A stretch of DNA of 64,000 nt from Macrostomum lignano. Lineage: Eukaryota. The position numbers were made by a program, and so were the translations under genes. Of this stretch, positions 12,725 through 26,400 are shown in pieces; position 1 is the stretch's first letter, and every line of letters starts with the position of its first letter. Where the stretch lies: NCBI GenBank assembly GCA_002269645.1, contig NIVC01001438.1:1-64000 (forward strand), read 5' to 3'. The notes beneath the pieces were generated by a model that was not told where the DNA came from, did no database searches, and was given only the letters and a program-made list of their open reading frames with translations.

Positions 12725-13655
12725 GCCTGCTCGTTCCACTTGAGCCCCCTTCTCCCTCTCTCCCTCTCTCCCTCTTTGCCTCTCCCCTCTCTCCCTCTCT
12801 CCATCTCTCCCTCTCTCCATCTCTCCCTCTCTCCATCTCTCCCTCTCTCCATCTCTCCCTCTCTCCCCTCTCTCCCTCTCTCCCTCTTTGCCTCTCTCCC
12901 TCTCTCCGTCTCTCCCCTCTCTCCCTCTCTCCCTCTCTCCCTCTTTGCCTCTCTCCCTCTCTCTCTCTCTCTTTGCCTCTCTCCCCTCTTTCCCTCTCTC
13001 CCTCTTTGCCTCTCTCCCTCTCTCTCTCTCTTTGCCTCTCTCCCCTCTTTCCCTCTCTCCCTCTTTGCCTCTCTCCCCTCTTTCCCTCTCTCCCTCTTTG
13101 CCTCTCTCCCCTCTTTCCCTCTCTCCCTCTTTGCCTCTCTCCCCTCTCTCCCTCTCTCCCTCTCTCCTCTCTCCCTCTCTCCCTCTCTCCCTCTTTGCCT
13201 CTCCCCTCTCTCCCTCTCTCCATCTCTCCCTCTCTCCATCTCTCCCTCTCTCCATCTCTCCCTCTCTCCATCTCTCCCTCTCTCCCCTCTCTCCCTCTCT
13301 CCCTCTTTGCCTCTCTCCCTCTCTCCGTCTCTCCCCTCTCTCCCTCTCTCCCTCTCTCCCTCTTTGCCTCTCTCCCCTCTCTCTCTCTCTCTTTGCCTCT
13401 CTCCCCTCTCTCTCTCTCTCTTTGCCTCTCTCCCCTCTTTCCCTCTCTCCCTCTTTGCCTCTCTCCCCTCTCTCTCTCTCTTTGCCTCTCTCCCCTCTTT
13501 CCCTCTCTCCCTCTTTGCCTCTCTCCCCTCTTTCCTCTCTCCCTCTTTGCCTCTCTCCCCTCTTTCCCTCTCTCCCTCTTTGCCTCTCTCCCCTCTCTCC
13601 CTCTCTCCCTCTCTCCCTCTCTCCCTCTCTCCCTGTCTCCCTCTCTCTCTCTCTC
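12725..13655. repeat. CT-rich compound microsatellite
   Basis: CCCTCTCT and CTCTTTGCCTCTCT motifs. Confidence 0.92.
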
Positions 13656-13684
13656 GCCCTAATTTTAGCCAATAATTTCTGCAG

Positions 13685-13960
13685 CTCACTCGCCCATTCA
13701 CCACCCCAGCAGCGCTTGTCATTTCGATCTTCGCGGCCAGTTCGGCCCCAATCGAGTCGGCGGCAGCTCCGGGACAGCTCGGCCACCGCCTGCGCGAGCT
13801 GTGGCATCGGAGAGTCCGCTTCTACCTGAGGATGCGGCGAAGACCCGAGTGCCGGCGATTCGATCGGCTCAGCGGGCGGTCTGGCTTGCGCCAAACAGTT
13901 AACCGCTTCTACCATGACTGCCGGCTCTACCTGTGGCTCATGATGCACACTGTAGCTTAG
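13685..13960 (+). CDS. Candidate coding exon of unknown product; strand ambiguous
   Basis: GC-rich unique island between repeats, following a TTTCTGCAG acceptor. The + frame is open for 91 codons (...[30 protein letters not shown]...[18 protein letters not shown]) with GC-rich third positions. The - strand is also open and has its own CAG/GTGAG splice signals. No family recognised. Confidence 0.3.
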   Translation, partial: LTRPFTTPAALVISIFAASSAPIESAAAPGQLGHRLRELWHRRVRFYLRMRRRPECRRFDRLSGRSGLRQTVNRFYHDCRLYLWLMMHTVA

Positions 13961-14172
13961 ATATTAGCGGCTCTACCTGTGGCTCATGATGCACACTGTA
14001 GCTTAGATAATAGCGGCTCTACCTGTGGCTCATGATGCACACTGTAGCTTAGATAATAGCGGCTCTACCTGTGGCTCATGATGCACACTGTAGCTTAGAT
14101 AATAGCGGCTCTACCTGTGGCTCATGATGCACACTGTAGCTTAGATAATAGCGGCTCTACCTGTGGCTCATG
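13921..14172. repeat. 46-bp tandem repeat (GCGGCTCTACCTGTGGCTCATGATGCACACTGTAGCTTAGATAATA), ~5 copies
   Basis: 46-bp period. The first copy overlaps the end of the candidate exon. Confidence 0.92.
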
Positions 14173-14564
14173 AAGCACTTCATGTAAATTTTCAGTTCGG
14201 ATAATAATAAAATATTCGAGCAGGCGAAATTTCTTTGCGACACTACTGATAAGTATCAGTAGGCTGGATAGGAATGCCTCGCAATTAATATCCGTCTTTA
14301 AAATCAAAAACGTGTTTCGGAGGCATAAATGAAATGAGGAGAGAGTTTTTTAAGAATCTGGCTGTAAATATTTATTATATTCAATAAAATTCAAAAACCA
14401 TAACCTACTATTTATACCATGCATTAAAATAGACTGCTCCAAGTATATTACTTATGCGCAAACTATTGCAGAACTGAAGCGGAAATTATAAAATTAGATT
14501 ATGCGAAAGAGAACACAAGCCTGTCATTGATGCATCATTTATTCTTGGCTCTGCGCTATAATTC

Positions 14565-15226
<662 letters not shown>

Positions 15227-15957
15227 GCAGAGACTGTGAAGGCCCGCAAGGCACGGCTGCAGCAGTCATGAAGATGGGCACAGCAAACACAAATACACAC
15301 AGAAGGCTGAAAGTAGATCAAATTACTCGCTGGACCCAGCAGCAGTACAGTGCAAATATTCGGATTTGAACTTTCTCTACTCCTTGACTGAGCAGGCCTT
15401 CCAGAGGTCAGTGGTGCGGCAGTGCATAATGGGGTTAGCATGCAAAAAAACCCATGGAGTACTCTTTACTCAGCAAACCCCCTTGAGCCACAGCAGGAAT
15501 TTTGTAGCCGCAAGCTGGCTCAGCCGAGAGTCCACTGTGCCGGTGACCTCTGGTTGTTGTGTCAGGGAATTGTCAAATGGAACATCTTGTTGTGCCACCT
15601 GGCCACCAGTTGCCTGCCCAGATTTGCTATTCCATTTTTGTTCTGCCTCTCCCCCCTCCGTTTCTCCTTTCGCCAGCTGACAGCGCATTATGGAACGGGT
15701 GGACAGAAAAGATGACAGCTGACTTTTTTGTATCGTTTTGGCCAGCATTTGCCTGTCTAATGGCTTCTAGCGTCTTCACGCAACGCTGGGCTTGTATGTA
15801 GGAAAATGGGCATTTGGACTCGGTGTTTCATTAATAAAACCCAAGACTTTGAGACGCTTTTGAGAATCGTGTGCCAGGGACTGTTAGACACCTGGATTGG
15901 AAATAGGACCAAATCTAATCCGAGAACCTTACACTGTCCAGAGGTTACCAAGATTTG

Positions 15958-16268
15958 CGGGAGGGCAGCGGGCACCCTGGTGCAACGCCTTCGGCGACAT
16001 TGTCCCACAGCCGGCGCTGACGGCAATTCTGCCCATTCCGCTGACTCCTGACCTCGTGCACACGCTCACACAGGGTGTACAGCGGCCCGCCAGGCATGTA
16101 CAGTCTCTGTGCCTGGGGGGTTGGCCCTCATGGCTGTGAATAGTGCAACAACATCCTTGGCCAATTTCGGCGCACACAAGCCTGCAGTAAATGAAAGTGT
16201 TTTCGCACGGAATCGAACCACGGGTCGTGGCGCAAGAGTCAGACCCGCTTACCGCTGAGCTGCTCTCC
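15958..16268 (-). mobile_element. tRNA-derived SINE, copy 1 (~310 bp)
   Basis: The - strand reads GGAGAGCAGCTCAGCGGTAAGCGGGTCTGACTCTTGCGCCACGACCCGTGGTTCGATTCC, with an A box (16251-16261) and B box (16209-16219). The body (CCGCTGTACACCCTGTGTGAGCGTGTGC ... GCCGTCAGCGCCGGCTGTGGGAC...CCAGGGTGCCC) is colinear with 20682-21460. Confidence 0.8.
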
Positions 16269-16819
16269 TCCTGCTGTCAGCCCAGGTCCTGCATACAGAG
16301 GTCCATGAATATACATGGTAGGCTCATAATGTTCAAAGGACCAATGCTAATGGTTGACTTAAAGACCGCTACATGTCAAAGAAAATTACGTCTTAAGACA
16401 CACTAGAGAGTGAGTTGGCGTGGTTCCACCATAGCAGAGCAAAGCTGTTTCAAGCACTTTTTCTACTTCGTTCGTTCGGTTGTTGCATGGGAATTTGCTC
16501 CCCGGCATAAAACCAGACCAGAGCCACTGAGATCTACGACTAGCGTGTGCCACTGCTATAGTTGCTAGTGCGCTCTTACGCCAGTGTGCCGTTATGACAG
16601 AGTTATGACGCCTTGTGCAGCCGTACCCGTCGGTTTGTATGCACAAGGCCAGCTTCGGACTCGAGAATGATGACTAACTGGAACTTCTTCGACGTACATT
16701 TTGTACCCTCGAGGGTTTGTTTCGTATCATGATAGACATGGTTTAATATTATATAATTTTTATAGATCCCCGATTTTCTCTCTTTTCTTTAGATAATTCT
16801 TGCGGGCCAGATGAGAGAT

Positions 16820-17060
16820 GAGAGGGAGAGGGAATGGGGGAGAGAAAAGAAGAAAGAGGAGATGAGAGGTGAAAGGCAAGATGAGAGATGCGATGAGAAA
16901 TTAGATGAGATAAGAGAAGAGAGATGATGATACGATGAGAGAAGATAAGAAGACAGATGAAAGAAGAGATGATGGAAGAGGATACCAGAAAGAAAGGCGA
17001 GGAGATGAGAAAAGAGGAGCGGCGAGAGATGACAGGAGAGAGGAGAGGCGAGTAGAGGGG
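16820..17060. repeat. GA-rich low-complexity tract
   Basis: GATGAGA and GAGAG motifs. Confidence 0.75.
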
Positions 17061-17457
17061 AGAGGTTTCAAAGTTTCAAAGGACCCGAAGGCGGGATAGA
17101 GAGGCTTCGCGGACCGGGCCGCACATGGCAGGGAGCAGCAGGGCCTGGGGGTGCCCATTCCCCTCGCGCCAGCCTTATAAGACAGCCTACATGTATTGTA
17201 CAAGGAGGTCCGGGCCCTCTCAAGAGTTGATATTTCACCTACTAAAGATCCAGATTTCCTTGTCAGAACCAACAGCGGCAGCCAATAGGAACCGAGGCAG
17301 CCAGTCATAAGAGGGCTTGAGGTAACAACGCTCGATTTTTTACACACGGCAGCTGTTGGATTGGCAACCGAACCGGCCAGCTGCTGCTTTTGAGTTCACT
17401 AAAGTGCACCCCACTCTCTCTCTGCCAGCTCTGCCAAGTCTCACTCTGCCAGCCGCA

Positions 17458-20400
17458 ATGAATGAGTCCCATAGTAACGACTCGGAACTGGCCGGACCCA
17501 GCCTGATGTACATCAGTCTCCGAGTGCTGACGTTTCCGGTTGCCGAGATTGGCCTGTCATTCAGCTGCCTGACTCTGAACCTGCTGGTCAAGAAGTACCA
17601 ACGCGGCCGAGAGACCTTCGACGTTGGGCTCATTCTGATGCAGGTGGCCCAGGTCACCTACTGCCTGCTGATCAACGGCTATGCTGCGTTTGATGTCATC
17701 TCTGTGGTGCAGGGCCGGCACCACGAATACCACTGGCCCTTCCTGGTGAGCGGTAACTCTGCTGTTCAGTGTTGAGAGAGGGGAGGTCGGTTCCCTCCGG
17801 TCTGGTCAGTTCCCTCTGATCTGGTCGGTTCCCTCCGATCCGGTCAGTTCCCTCCGATCTGGTCAGTTCCCTCTGATCTGGTCAGTTCCCTCTGATCTGG
17901 TCAGTTCCCTCTGATCTGGTCAGTTCCCTCTGATCTGGTCAGTTCCCTCTGATCTGGTCAGTTCCCTCTGATCTGGTCAGTTCCCTCCGATCTAGTCAGT
18001 TCCCTCCGATCTGGTCAGTTCCCTCTGATCTGGTCAGTTCCCTCCGGTCTGGTCAGTTCCCTCTGATCTGGTCGGTTCCCTCCGATCCGGTCAGTTCCCT
18101 CTGATCTGGTCAGTTCCCTCTGATCTGGTCAGTTCCCTCTGATCTGGTCAGTTCCCTCTGATCTGGTCAGCTCCCTCTGATCTGGTCAGTTCCCTCCGAT
18201 CTGGTCAGTTCCCTCTGATCTGGTCAGTTCCCTCCGATCTAGTCAGTTCCCTCCGATCTGGTCAGTTCCCTCTGATCTGGTCAGTTCCCTCCGGTCTGGT
18301 CAGTTCCCTCTGATCTGGTCAGTTCCCTCCGATCTGGTCAGTTCCCTCTGATCTGGTCAGTTCCCTCTGATCTGGTCAGTTCCCTCTGATCTGGTCAGTT
18401 CCCTCCGATCTAGTCAGTTCCCTCCGATCTAGTCAGTTCCCTCCGATCTGGTCAGTTCCCTCTAATCTGGTCAGTTCCCTCTGATCTGGTCAGTTCCCTT
18501 TGCTCTAGTCAGTTCCATTTGTAACCACAGTGGGCTCTGTAAACTAAACAAGCTGGGCGATGACCTGAAGTAACCACAGTGGACTCTGTAAACTAAACAA
18601 GCTGGGCGATGACCTGAAGTAACCACAGTGGACTCTGTAAACTAAAAAAGCTGGGCAATGACCTGAAGTAACCACAGTGGGCTCTGTAAACTAAACAAGC
18701 TGGGCAATGACCTGAAGTAACCACAGTGGACTCTGTAAACTAAACAAGCTGGGCGATGACCTGAAGTAACCACAGTGGGCTCTGTAAACTAAACAAGCTG
18801 GGCAATGACCTGAAGTAACCACAGTGGACTCTGTAAACTAAACAAGCTGGGCAATGACCTGAAGTAACCACAGTGGACTCTGTAAACTAAACAAGCTGGG
18901 CGATGACCTGAAGTAACCACAGTGGACTCTGTAAACTAAACAAGCTGGGCAATGACCTGAAGTAACCACAGTGGGCTCTGTAAACTAAACAAGCTGGGCG
19001 ATGACCTGAAGTAACCACAGTGGGCTCTGTAAACTAAACAAGCTGGGCGATGACCTGAAGTAACCACAGTGGACTCTGTAAACTAAACAAGCTGGGCGAT
19101 GACCTGAAGTAACCACAGTGGACTCTGTAAACTAAACAAGCTGGGCGATGACCTGAAGTAACCACAGTGGACTCTGTAAACTAAACAAGCTGGGCGATGA
19201 CCTGAAGTAACCACAGTGGACTCTGTAAACTAAACAAGCTGGGCGATGGAGACAAACGGAGAAGAACTGACTGGCAAAGCTACAGGGAAGATTCTTGATA
19301 TTTATTCAGTTTATTTGAATTCCCAAACCTGGCGGACCCTTGATGAACTTTCGCACCTCCAGCTGCATCAGAGCCATATCCCGCATAGCAACTGGGTTTA
19401 CCCGCTCGCAGCCAACTAGCCCATTCGCAGATTTCGCGGATAATATGGGATTACCTTGTGCTACCCTCATTTTTGTTCAAGTATAAACAATTCCACAGAT
19501 CTCGAAATCGCTGTAGTTAACGAGTATAACACTGTGCGAAGAACCCACGGAGAAGTAGCAGCTCTGGGGAGCTGGGAGTGATAACTCCTCCGCTGATTTC
19601 GACTTGTTCTCTATTCTCGGTTTCTTCAAACACAGCGCACGCAATATATGCAATATCTTGCGCCTCGAGGGGGACTCGATTTCAATCCTGCCGGCTTCTC
19701 GAAAGAGGGATGTCACGGGCAGATGATGAAGGGGTGGAGAGGATATCGATTTTAGAGGGAAAATGAAATGGAGGAGGGACGGGTATTGGATGAGGTGATA
19801 GACAGAGAGGGAGAGTGGTAGACGGAGAATGGGTAGAAAGGTAGATACAGAGAAAGAATGGTAGATGGATGGAGTGAAGTAGATAGGGAGAGAGAGCTAG
19901 AGCTAGATTAAGATAGAGGTACATAGGGTGGGAGAGAGGTAGAGAAGGGGAGGAGTGATAGATGAAGAAGTAGATAGGTTAGCGAGGTAGACAGGGAGAG
20001 GTAGGTTAGAGGGAGAGAAAGTAGATGAAGAAGGATAGGAGTGGACGGGAGAATTTGATTGAGAGGCAGAGAGGCAGAAGGATCGATTAAGATTGTGAGA
20101 AGTAGATAAAAGGAACATTGGATCACTGGCTAGAGACAGAGAGGCGTGAGCAGGCAAGCGGCACCCAGCCTCAAATTACTCAAACGATCTCCATCTTTGT
20201 CAGGAGGAGGGCTGCAGATTTCAGCTGATTGGAATTAATTCGGACTCGGTGATGAGGCGGCACCCTCACGAGGCGATTGAGTGAAGTTGAGGATAATTAA
20301 GACTGCAAACGACAGCTTTTGAGTCAAATCCAAATTGAATTTTTGATAAGGGATTTAGCAGTCCATGACAACTGGCTGCGACATCCGGATTGGAAGCGGA

Positions 20401-23400
20401 CCGAATCTTCTGAAAAAAATCAGAAAGAACTTTGAGAAAATCAAACTCAAAATAATAAAAAGCTGCTTCAAAATTCGAATCTATGGAAGCAGGATCGTGA
20501 CAGATTCAATATCTGACAAATTTCGTTTCCTAGAAAAAATGGAAACACCGAGATGGAAAACCTTCGAGTTCTTTCACTCCAAGTTACAGCATCAATATTT
20601 TGATTGCTACCGCACGTGATTAGGATCTTTCTTAGAAACCAAGTGTCCTTGAACTTCTGGAGCGGTCTTTGGCTTCTAACTGGAGCTGAGAAAGTCAGCG
20701 GTAGACTCTCACGCCACGACCCCTGGTTCGATTCCGTGTGCAAACAGACATTCATTTGGGGCTTGTGTGCACGAAAATTGACCGGCGGATTGTCGTGCGA
20801 TTCACAGGCCAACCCCCTCAAGGCACAGAGTGTACATGCCTGACGGTTAGAAAGTCAGGGGGCCGCTGTACACCCTGTGTGAGCGTGTGCCTGCCTGCGT
20901 GCAGTATTGGCAGAGTAGCCGCCGCGGCTGTGGAGCCGATCCTCCTGTACGGCATGGAAGCGGTGCCGATGACCGGCACACGAGAGCGAGCTCTGGACGC
21001 GCTCTACAGGTCCCTGCTGCGCTACGCCCTGGGCGTGCACTCTTCTGAGAGGTTGCCGTCCAGAGACCTGATGGCCCGCGCCGGCGTTCCAGACCTGAGC
21101 GTCACCCTGCGCCGGCGCCGCCAGATGCTGCTGGGCCACTGCCTCCAGAGTCACGGCCGCGGCGACCAAGTCCCGCTAGCGCTGGTCCTCCTGCACCAGC
21201 CGACGGAGCGGAAGCGTCGTGGCCAAGGGCGAACTGTGACGCTGACTGACTGTTTTGTGGCTGACTTGCAGGCGCTGGGTCTCAGCCCCCAGATCACAGC
21301 CGCCTGCCCCTACCGTCTGTTTTGCGAGCGCGTGTGCGCAGGAGCCCACTAGCTTCTGCATGTCTCTATCTATCTAGCCGTCAGCGCTGGCTGTGGGACT
21401 GTGTCGCCGAGGGCGTTGCGCCAGGGTGCCCTGCAGCCCCCCAGCCTTTATTATTATTTACTTCGAGCTGAATTTCGGTAGTCAAGTGTTTTACGACCTA
21501 TCCGAGATATTGAATTTCTCGCTATTTATCCCTGCATTCCTCATCACATAATCGATAATATCATTTATGATGGCATAGCGCGGACAAGGGGCAGCAGAGA
21601 GGCCAGTTGTGCATCAATCAGAATGCCTTCAGAGGGGGCAGCGATCGGGATCAGTGGGGGAGGCCGGATGCGCCACACTTATTCCCATGTCTAAAGGCTA
21701 AAGGACAGCAGCTAAAGTGGATACTTAGTGGCAGCCATGCGGTCGGCACCTCAATACGCTGCTTTGGGACAGGGAAAACCGTAGTTATCTGCTATAGAAG
21801 ACGACACAGCATGATAAAGGGTAAATCCTTTGCAAGACTGGCTCGAGGCAGCTGAATAATGCTTTTAAGTAATGGCGGCGGCTGGGACCAGGGGCACCTG
21901 CGCCACAGGAATGACAGGGGGGGGGGCGAGTTTTGCTGGAAGTATGGCGGCTTGGAGCCACCTATAAATTTACGAGATGTACTGGAGATGTACGAGTGTA
22001 TGATAACTGAGTTTGCAGCTAGCTATAGCGGGTCAGCTAGATAGAATTTCTAACTATTACTATATAGAACTTCAAAGCTCATTGTCTCTTAGATGTTTGC
22101 ATAGGCACTTTATTCACTGAGATCGTGTACAGCGGTCCTGACTGCCTCATTGTCACACATAGAGGGTGTACAGCGGTCCTGACTGTCTCATTGTCACACA
22201 TAGAGGGTGTACAGCGGTCCTGACTGTCTCATCGTCACAAACAGAGGGTGTACAGCGGTCCTGACTGTCTCATCGTCACAAACAGAGGGTGTACAGCGGT
22301 CCTGACTGCCTCATCGTCACACACAGAGGGTGTACAGCGGTCCTGACTGTCTCATTGTCACACATAGAGGGTGTACAGCGGTCCTGACTGTCTCATTGTC
22401 ACACGTAGAGGGTGTACAGCGGTCCTGACTGCCTCATCGTCACACACAGAGGGTGTACAGCGGTCCTGACTGTCTCATCGTCACACACAGAGGGTGTACA
22501 GCGGTCCTGACTGTCTCATCGTCACACACAGAGGGTGTACAGCGGTCCTGACTGTCTCATCGTCACACACAGAGGGTGTACAGCGGTCCTGACTGTCTCA
22601 TCGTCACAAACAGAGAGTGTACAGCAGTCCTGACTGTCTCATCGTCACACACAGAGGGTGTACAGCAGTCCTGACTGTCTCATCGTCACACACAGAGGGT
22701 GTACAGCGGTCCTGACTGTCTCATCGTCACAAACAGAGGGTGTACAGCGGTCCTGACTGTCTCATCGTCACAAACAGAGGGTGTACAGCGGTCCTGACTG
22801 CCTCATCGTCACAAACAGAGGGTGTACAGCGGTCCTGGCTGTCTCATCGTCACACACAGAGGGTGTACAGCGGTCCTGACTCCCTCATCGTCACACACAG
22901 AGGGTGTACAGCGGTCCTGACTGCCTCATCGTCACAAACAGAGGGTGTACAGCGGTCCTGGCTGTCTCATCGTCACACACAGAGGGTGTACAGCGGTCCT
23001 GACTGCCTCATCGTCACACACAGAGGGTGTACAGCGGTCCTGACTGGTTTATCGTCATAAACATTGTGTACCTTGCGTTTTCCGTTGGGGCAATAGCAAA
23101 AGCTGACAAAAAAGTAGGAACGGGAGCCCGGGCGCTATGCAATCGGATAAATCAGCATGTCAGAAACGGCTAATCAAAATGAATCGCATTTTTAAGCAGT
23201 GGTTTTCCCAGGAGCAGCAGCTGAAAGAAATAACAGCCTCCTGTCTTCTCCGAGCCAACTTCCTGGCCGGGGGGTTGGTGCCTTGAATTTTCTCTTGACT
23301 TTTCTCTTCTCGGGAGCAGCGTCCCGCTCCGCAGCTTCCGCAGAGTTCTGAGAGTCACTGCTCCGCCTCCCAGGGGAAGAGTCCCACAGGTTTCACTCTG

Positions 23401-26400
23401 AGAAGCCATACTGGCCGATGCGACGTGCCTCATCTCCGTTCCGGCGCTTCTCCGGGCCAGCCTGCGCGTTCTTATCTTCCCGGACGTAAGATCGAGCTAC
23501 GAGTTATAATAGGCGCAGGAAGGAAGTCGGAGCAAAGGAAATTGAAGGCTCGAAAGCTGTTGGATGGTTGAGTTACTTTCTTCCTCTCCGAAATATCCTC
23601 TGAGATGTTTTCTTGATGGAAAATATTACTTTCAGCAGATACTTCATTTGTCCCTGCTGTTGCTGATTCAGCTGTGACCGTACGAGTGTAGATCCTGCAT
23701 TTGTTTCCTCTTAGATCCTTCATTTGTGTCCTCTTAGATCCTTCATTTGTGTCCTCTTAGATCCTTCATTTGTGTCCTCTTAGATCCTTCATTTGTGTCC
23801 TCTTAGATCCTTCATTTGTGTCCTCTTAGATCCTTCATTTGTGTCCTCTTAGATCCTTCATTTGTGTCCTCTTAGATCCTTCATTTGTGTCCTCTTAGAT
23901 CCTTCATTTGTGTCCTCTTAGATCCTTCATTTGTGTCCTCTTAGATCCTTCATTTGTGTCCTCTTAGATCCTTCATTTGTGTCCTCTTAGATCCTTCATT
24001 TGTGTCCTCTTAGATCCTTCATTTGTGTCCTCTTAGATCCTTCATTTGTGTCCTCTTAGATTCTTCATTTGTGTCCTCTTAGATCCTTCATTTGTGTCCT
24101 CTTAGATCCTTCATTTGTGTCCTCTTAGATTCTTCATTTGTGTCCTCTTAGATCCTTCATTTGTGTCCTCTTAGATCCTTCATTTGTGTCCTCTTAGATC
24201 CTTCATTTGTGTCCTCTTAGATCCTTCATTTGTGTCCTCTTAGATCCTTCATTTGTGTCCTCTTAGATCCTTCATTTGTGTCCTCTTAGATCCTTCATTT
24301 GTGTCCTCTTAGATCCTTCATTTGTTTCCTCTTAGATCCTTCATTTGTGTCCTCTTAGATCCTTCATTTGTGTCCTCTTAGATCCTTCATTTGTGTCCTC
24401 TTAGATCCTTCATTTGTGTCCTCTTAGATTCTTCATTTGTGTCCTCTTAGATCCTTCATTTGTGTCCTCTTAGATCCTTCATTTGTGTCCTCTTAGATCC
24501 TTCATTTGTGTCCTCTTAGATCCTGCAGTTGTTTCCTCTTAGATCCTTCATTTGTGTCCTCTTAGATCCTGCAGTTGTGTCCTCTTAGATCCTTCATTTG
24601 TGTCCTCTTAGATCCTTCATTTGTGTCCTCTTAAATCCTGCAGTTGTGTCCTCTTAGATCCTTCATTTGTGTCCTCTTAGATCCTTCATTTGTGTCCTCT
24701 TAGATCCTTCATTTGTGTCCTCTTAGATCCTTCATTTGTGTCCTCTTAGATCCTTCATTTGTGTCCTCTTAGATCCTTCATTTGTGTCCTCTTAGATCCT
24801 TCATTTGTGTCCTCTTAGATCCTTCATTTGTGTCCTCTTAGATCCTTCATTTGTGTCCTCTTAGATCCTTCATTTGTGTCCTCTTAGATCCTTCATTTGT
24901 TTCCTCTTAGATCCTTCATTTGTGTCCTCTTAGATCCTTCATTTGTGTCCTCTTAGATCCTTCATTTGTGTCCTCTTAGATCCTTCATTTGTGTCCTCTT
25001 AGATCCTTCATTTGTGTCCTCTTAGATCCTTCATTTGTGTCCTCTTAGATCCTGCATTTGTGTCCTCTTAGATCCTGCAGTTGTGTCCTCTTAGATTCTT
25101 CATTTGTGTCCTCTTAGATCCTTCATTTGTGTCCTCTTAGATCCTTCATTTGTGTCCTCTTAGACCCTTCATTTGTGTCCTCTTAGATCCTTCATTTGTG
25201 TCCTCTTAGATCCTGCAGTTGTGTCCTCTTAGATCCTTAATTTGTGTCCTCTTAGATCCTGCAGTTGTGTCCTCTTAGATCCTTCATTTGTGTCCTCTTA
25301 GATCCTGCAGTTGTGTCCTCTTAGATCTTCAGTTGTGTCCTCTTAGATCTTCAGTTGACCCCCTTAGATCCTTCAGTTGACCCTCCTTAGTTCCCTCAGT
25401 TGACCCCATTAGATCATTCAGTTGACCCTCCTTAGATCATTCAGTTGACCCTCCTTAGATCATTCAGTTGACCCTCCTTAGATCCTTGATTTGACCCCCC
25501 TTACATCCTTCAATTGACCCCCTTAGATTCTTCAATTTATCTCTCCAAGGTAATATAGTTTTTTTCATTTAGAAACTTCACATATGCTTCTTGGATCCCA
25601 AATTCATATTTTAAGATCCCACTCCACCCTAGAGACATTTTCATTTTAGAATGCGTTCTTGGCTCTAAAATAAAATTCAATGACAAACAAGTTTCAAATT
25701 TTGGCCGAAAATATTTCTATAACCAAAGCACTTAATGCCAGCATAATAAATGATCATTTGATATCCTTATTAAGCTACTTATGCTTGAGAGTTCAGTAGC
25801 ATGCTGAGTGAATAATTTTTTTTGTTCAATAAAATATTGATTTTTTAACCTGGCTCAGGCCACTTTCTACTTGATCTCCTGGAGTCTGGGCGTGAAGAAC
25901 ACCTGGACGGGCTGCATCAGCCTGTTCCGCTTTCTGGCCACCTTTTGGCCCATCGAATTTCGCAGCCGGCTGACTCGAGGATTCCAGCTCGGCACCTTTG
26001 CCGCCGTGGCCGCGGCCAGCCTGACGCTGCAGGCCGCCGACTTGGTGCTCTGCCGGCTGGCTGACAACGAACTTGGCAACGGGACCGCCTGTTGGGCCAC
26101 CATCCAGGTGAGCGCTTCGATGCTTCATCAGCTCAATGCTTCATCAGCTCGATGCTTCATCAACTCGATGCTTCATCAGCTCGATAAGTCATAAGCTCGA
26201 TGCTTCATCAGCTCGATGCTTCATCAGCTCGATGCTTCATCAGCTCGATGCTGCACAAGCTCGATGCTGCACAAGCTCGATGCTGCACAAGCTCGATGCT
26301 GCACAAGCTCGATGCTGCACAAGCTCGATGCTGCACAAGCTCGATGCTGCACAAGCTCGATGCTGCATAAGCTCGATGCTGCATAAGCTCGATGCTGCAT

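Noticed and set aside
19300-19420. - strand peptide EVRKFIKGPPGLGIQIN resembling a PDZ GLGF loop
   Set aside because: It is followed at once by a stop, with no splice donor and no rest of the domain.
22123-23045. Possible hammerhead or HDV-like ribozyme in the 41-bp array or SINE body
   Set aside because: No CUGAnGA plus GAAA core with closing stems, and the HDV pseudoknot order could not be built by eye.
23170-23715. Charged exon-like sequence on the - strand inside GPCR intron 1 (possible nested gene)
   Set aside because: There are stops or shifts in all frames and no recognisable domain.
17782-25530. Regular arrays superficially like CRISPR
   Set aside because: Units are contiguous with no unique spacers, there are no cas genes, and the context is eukaryotic.
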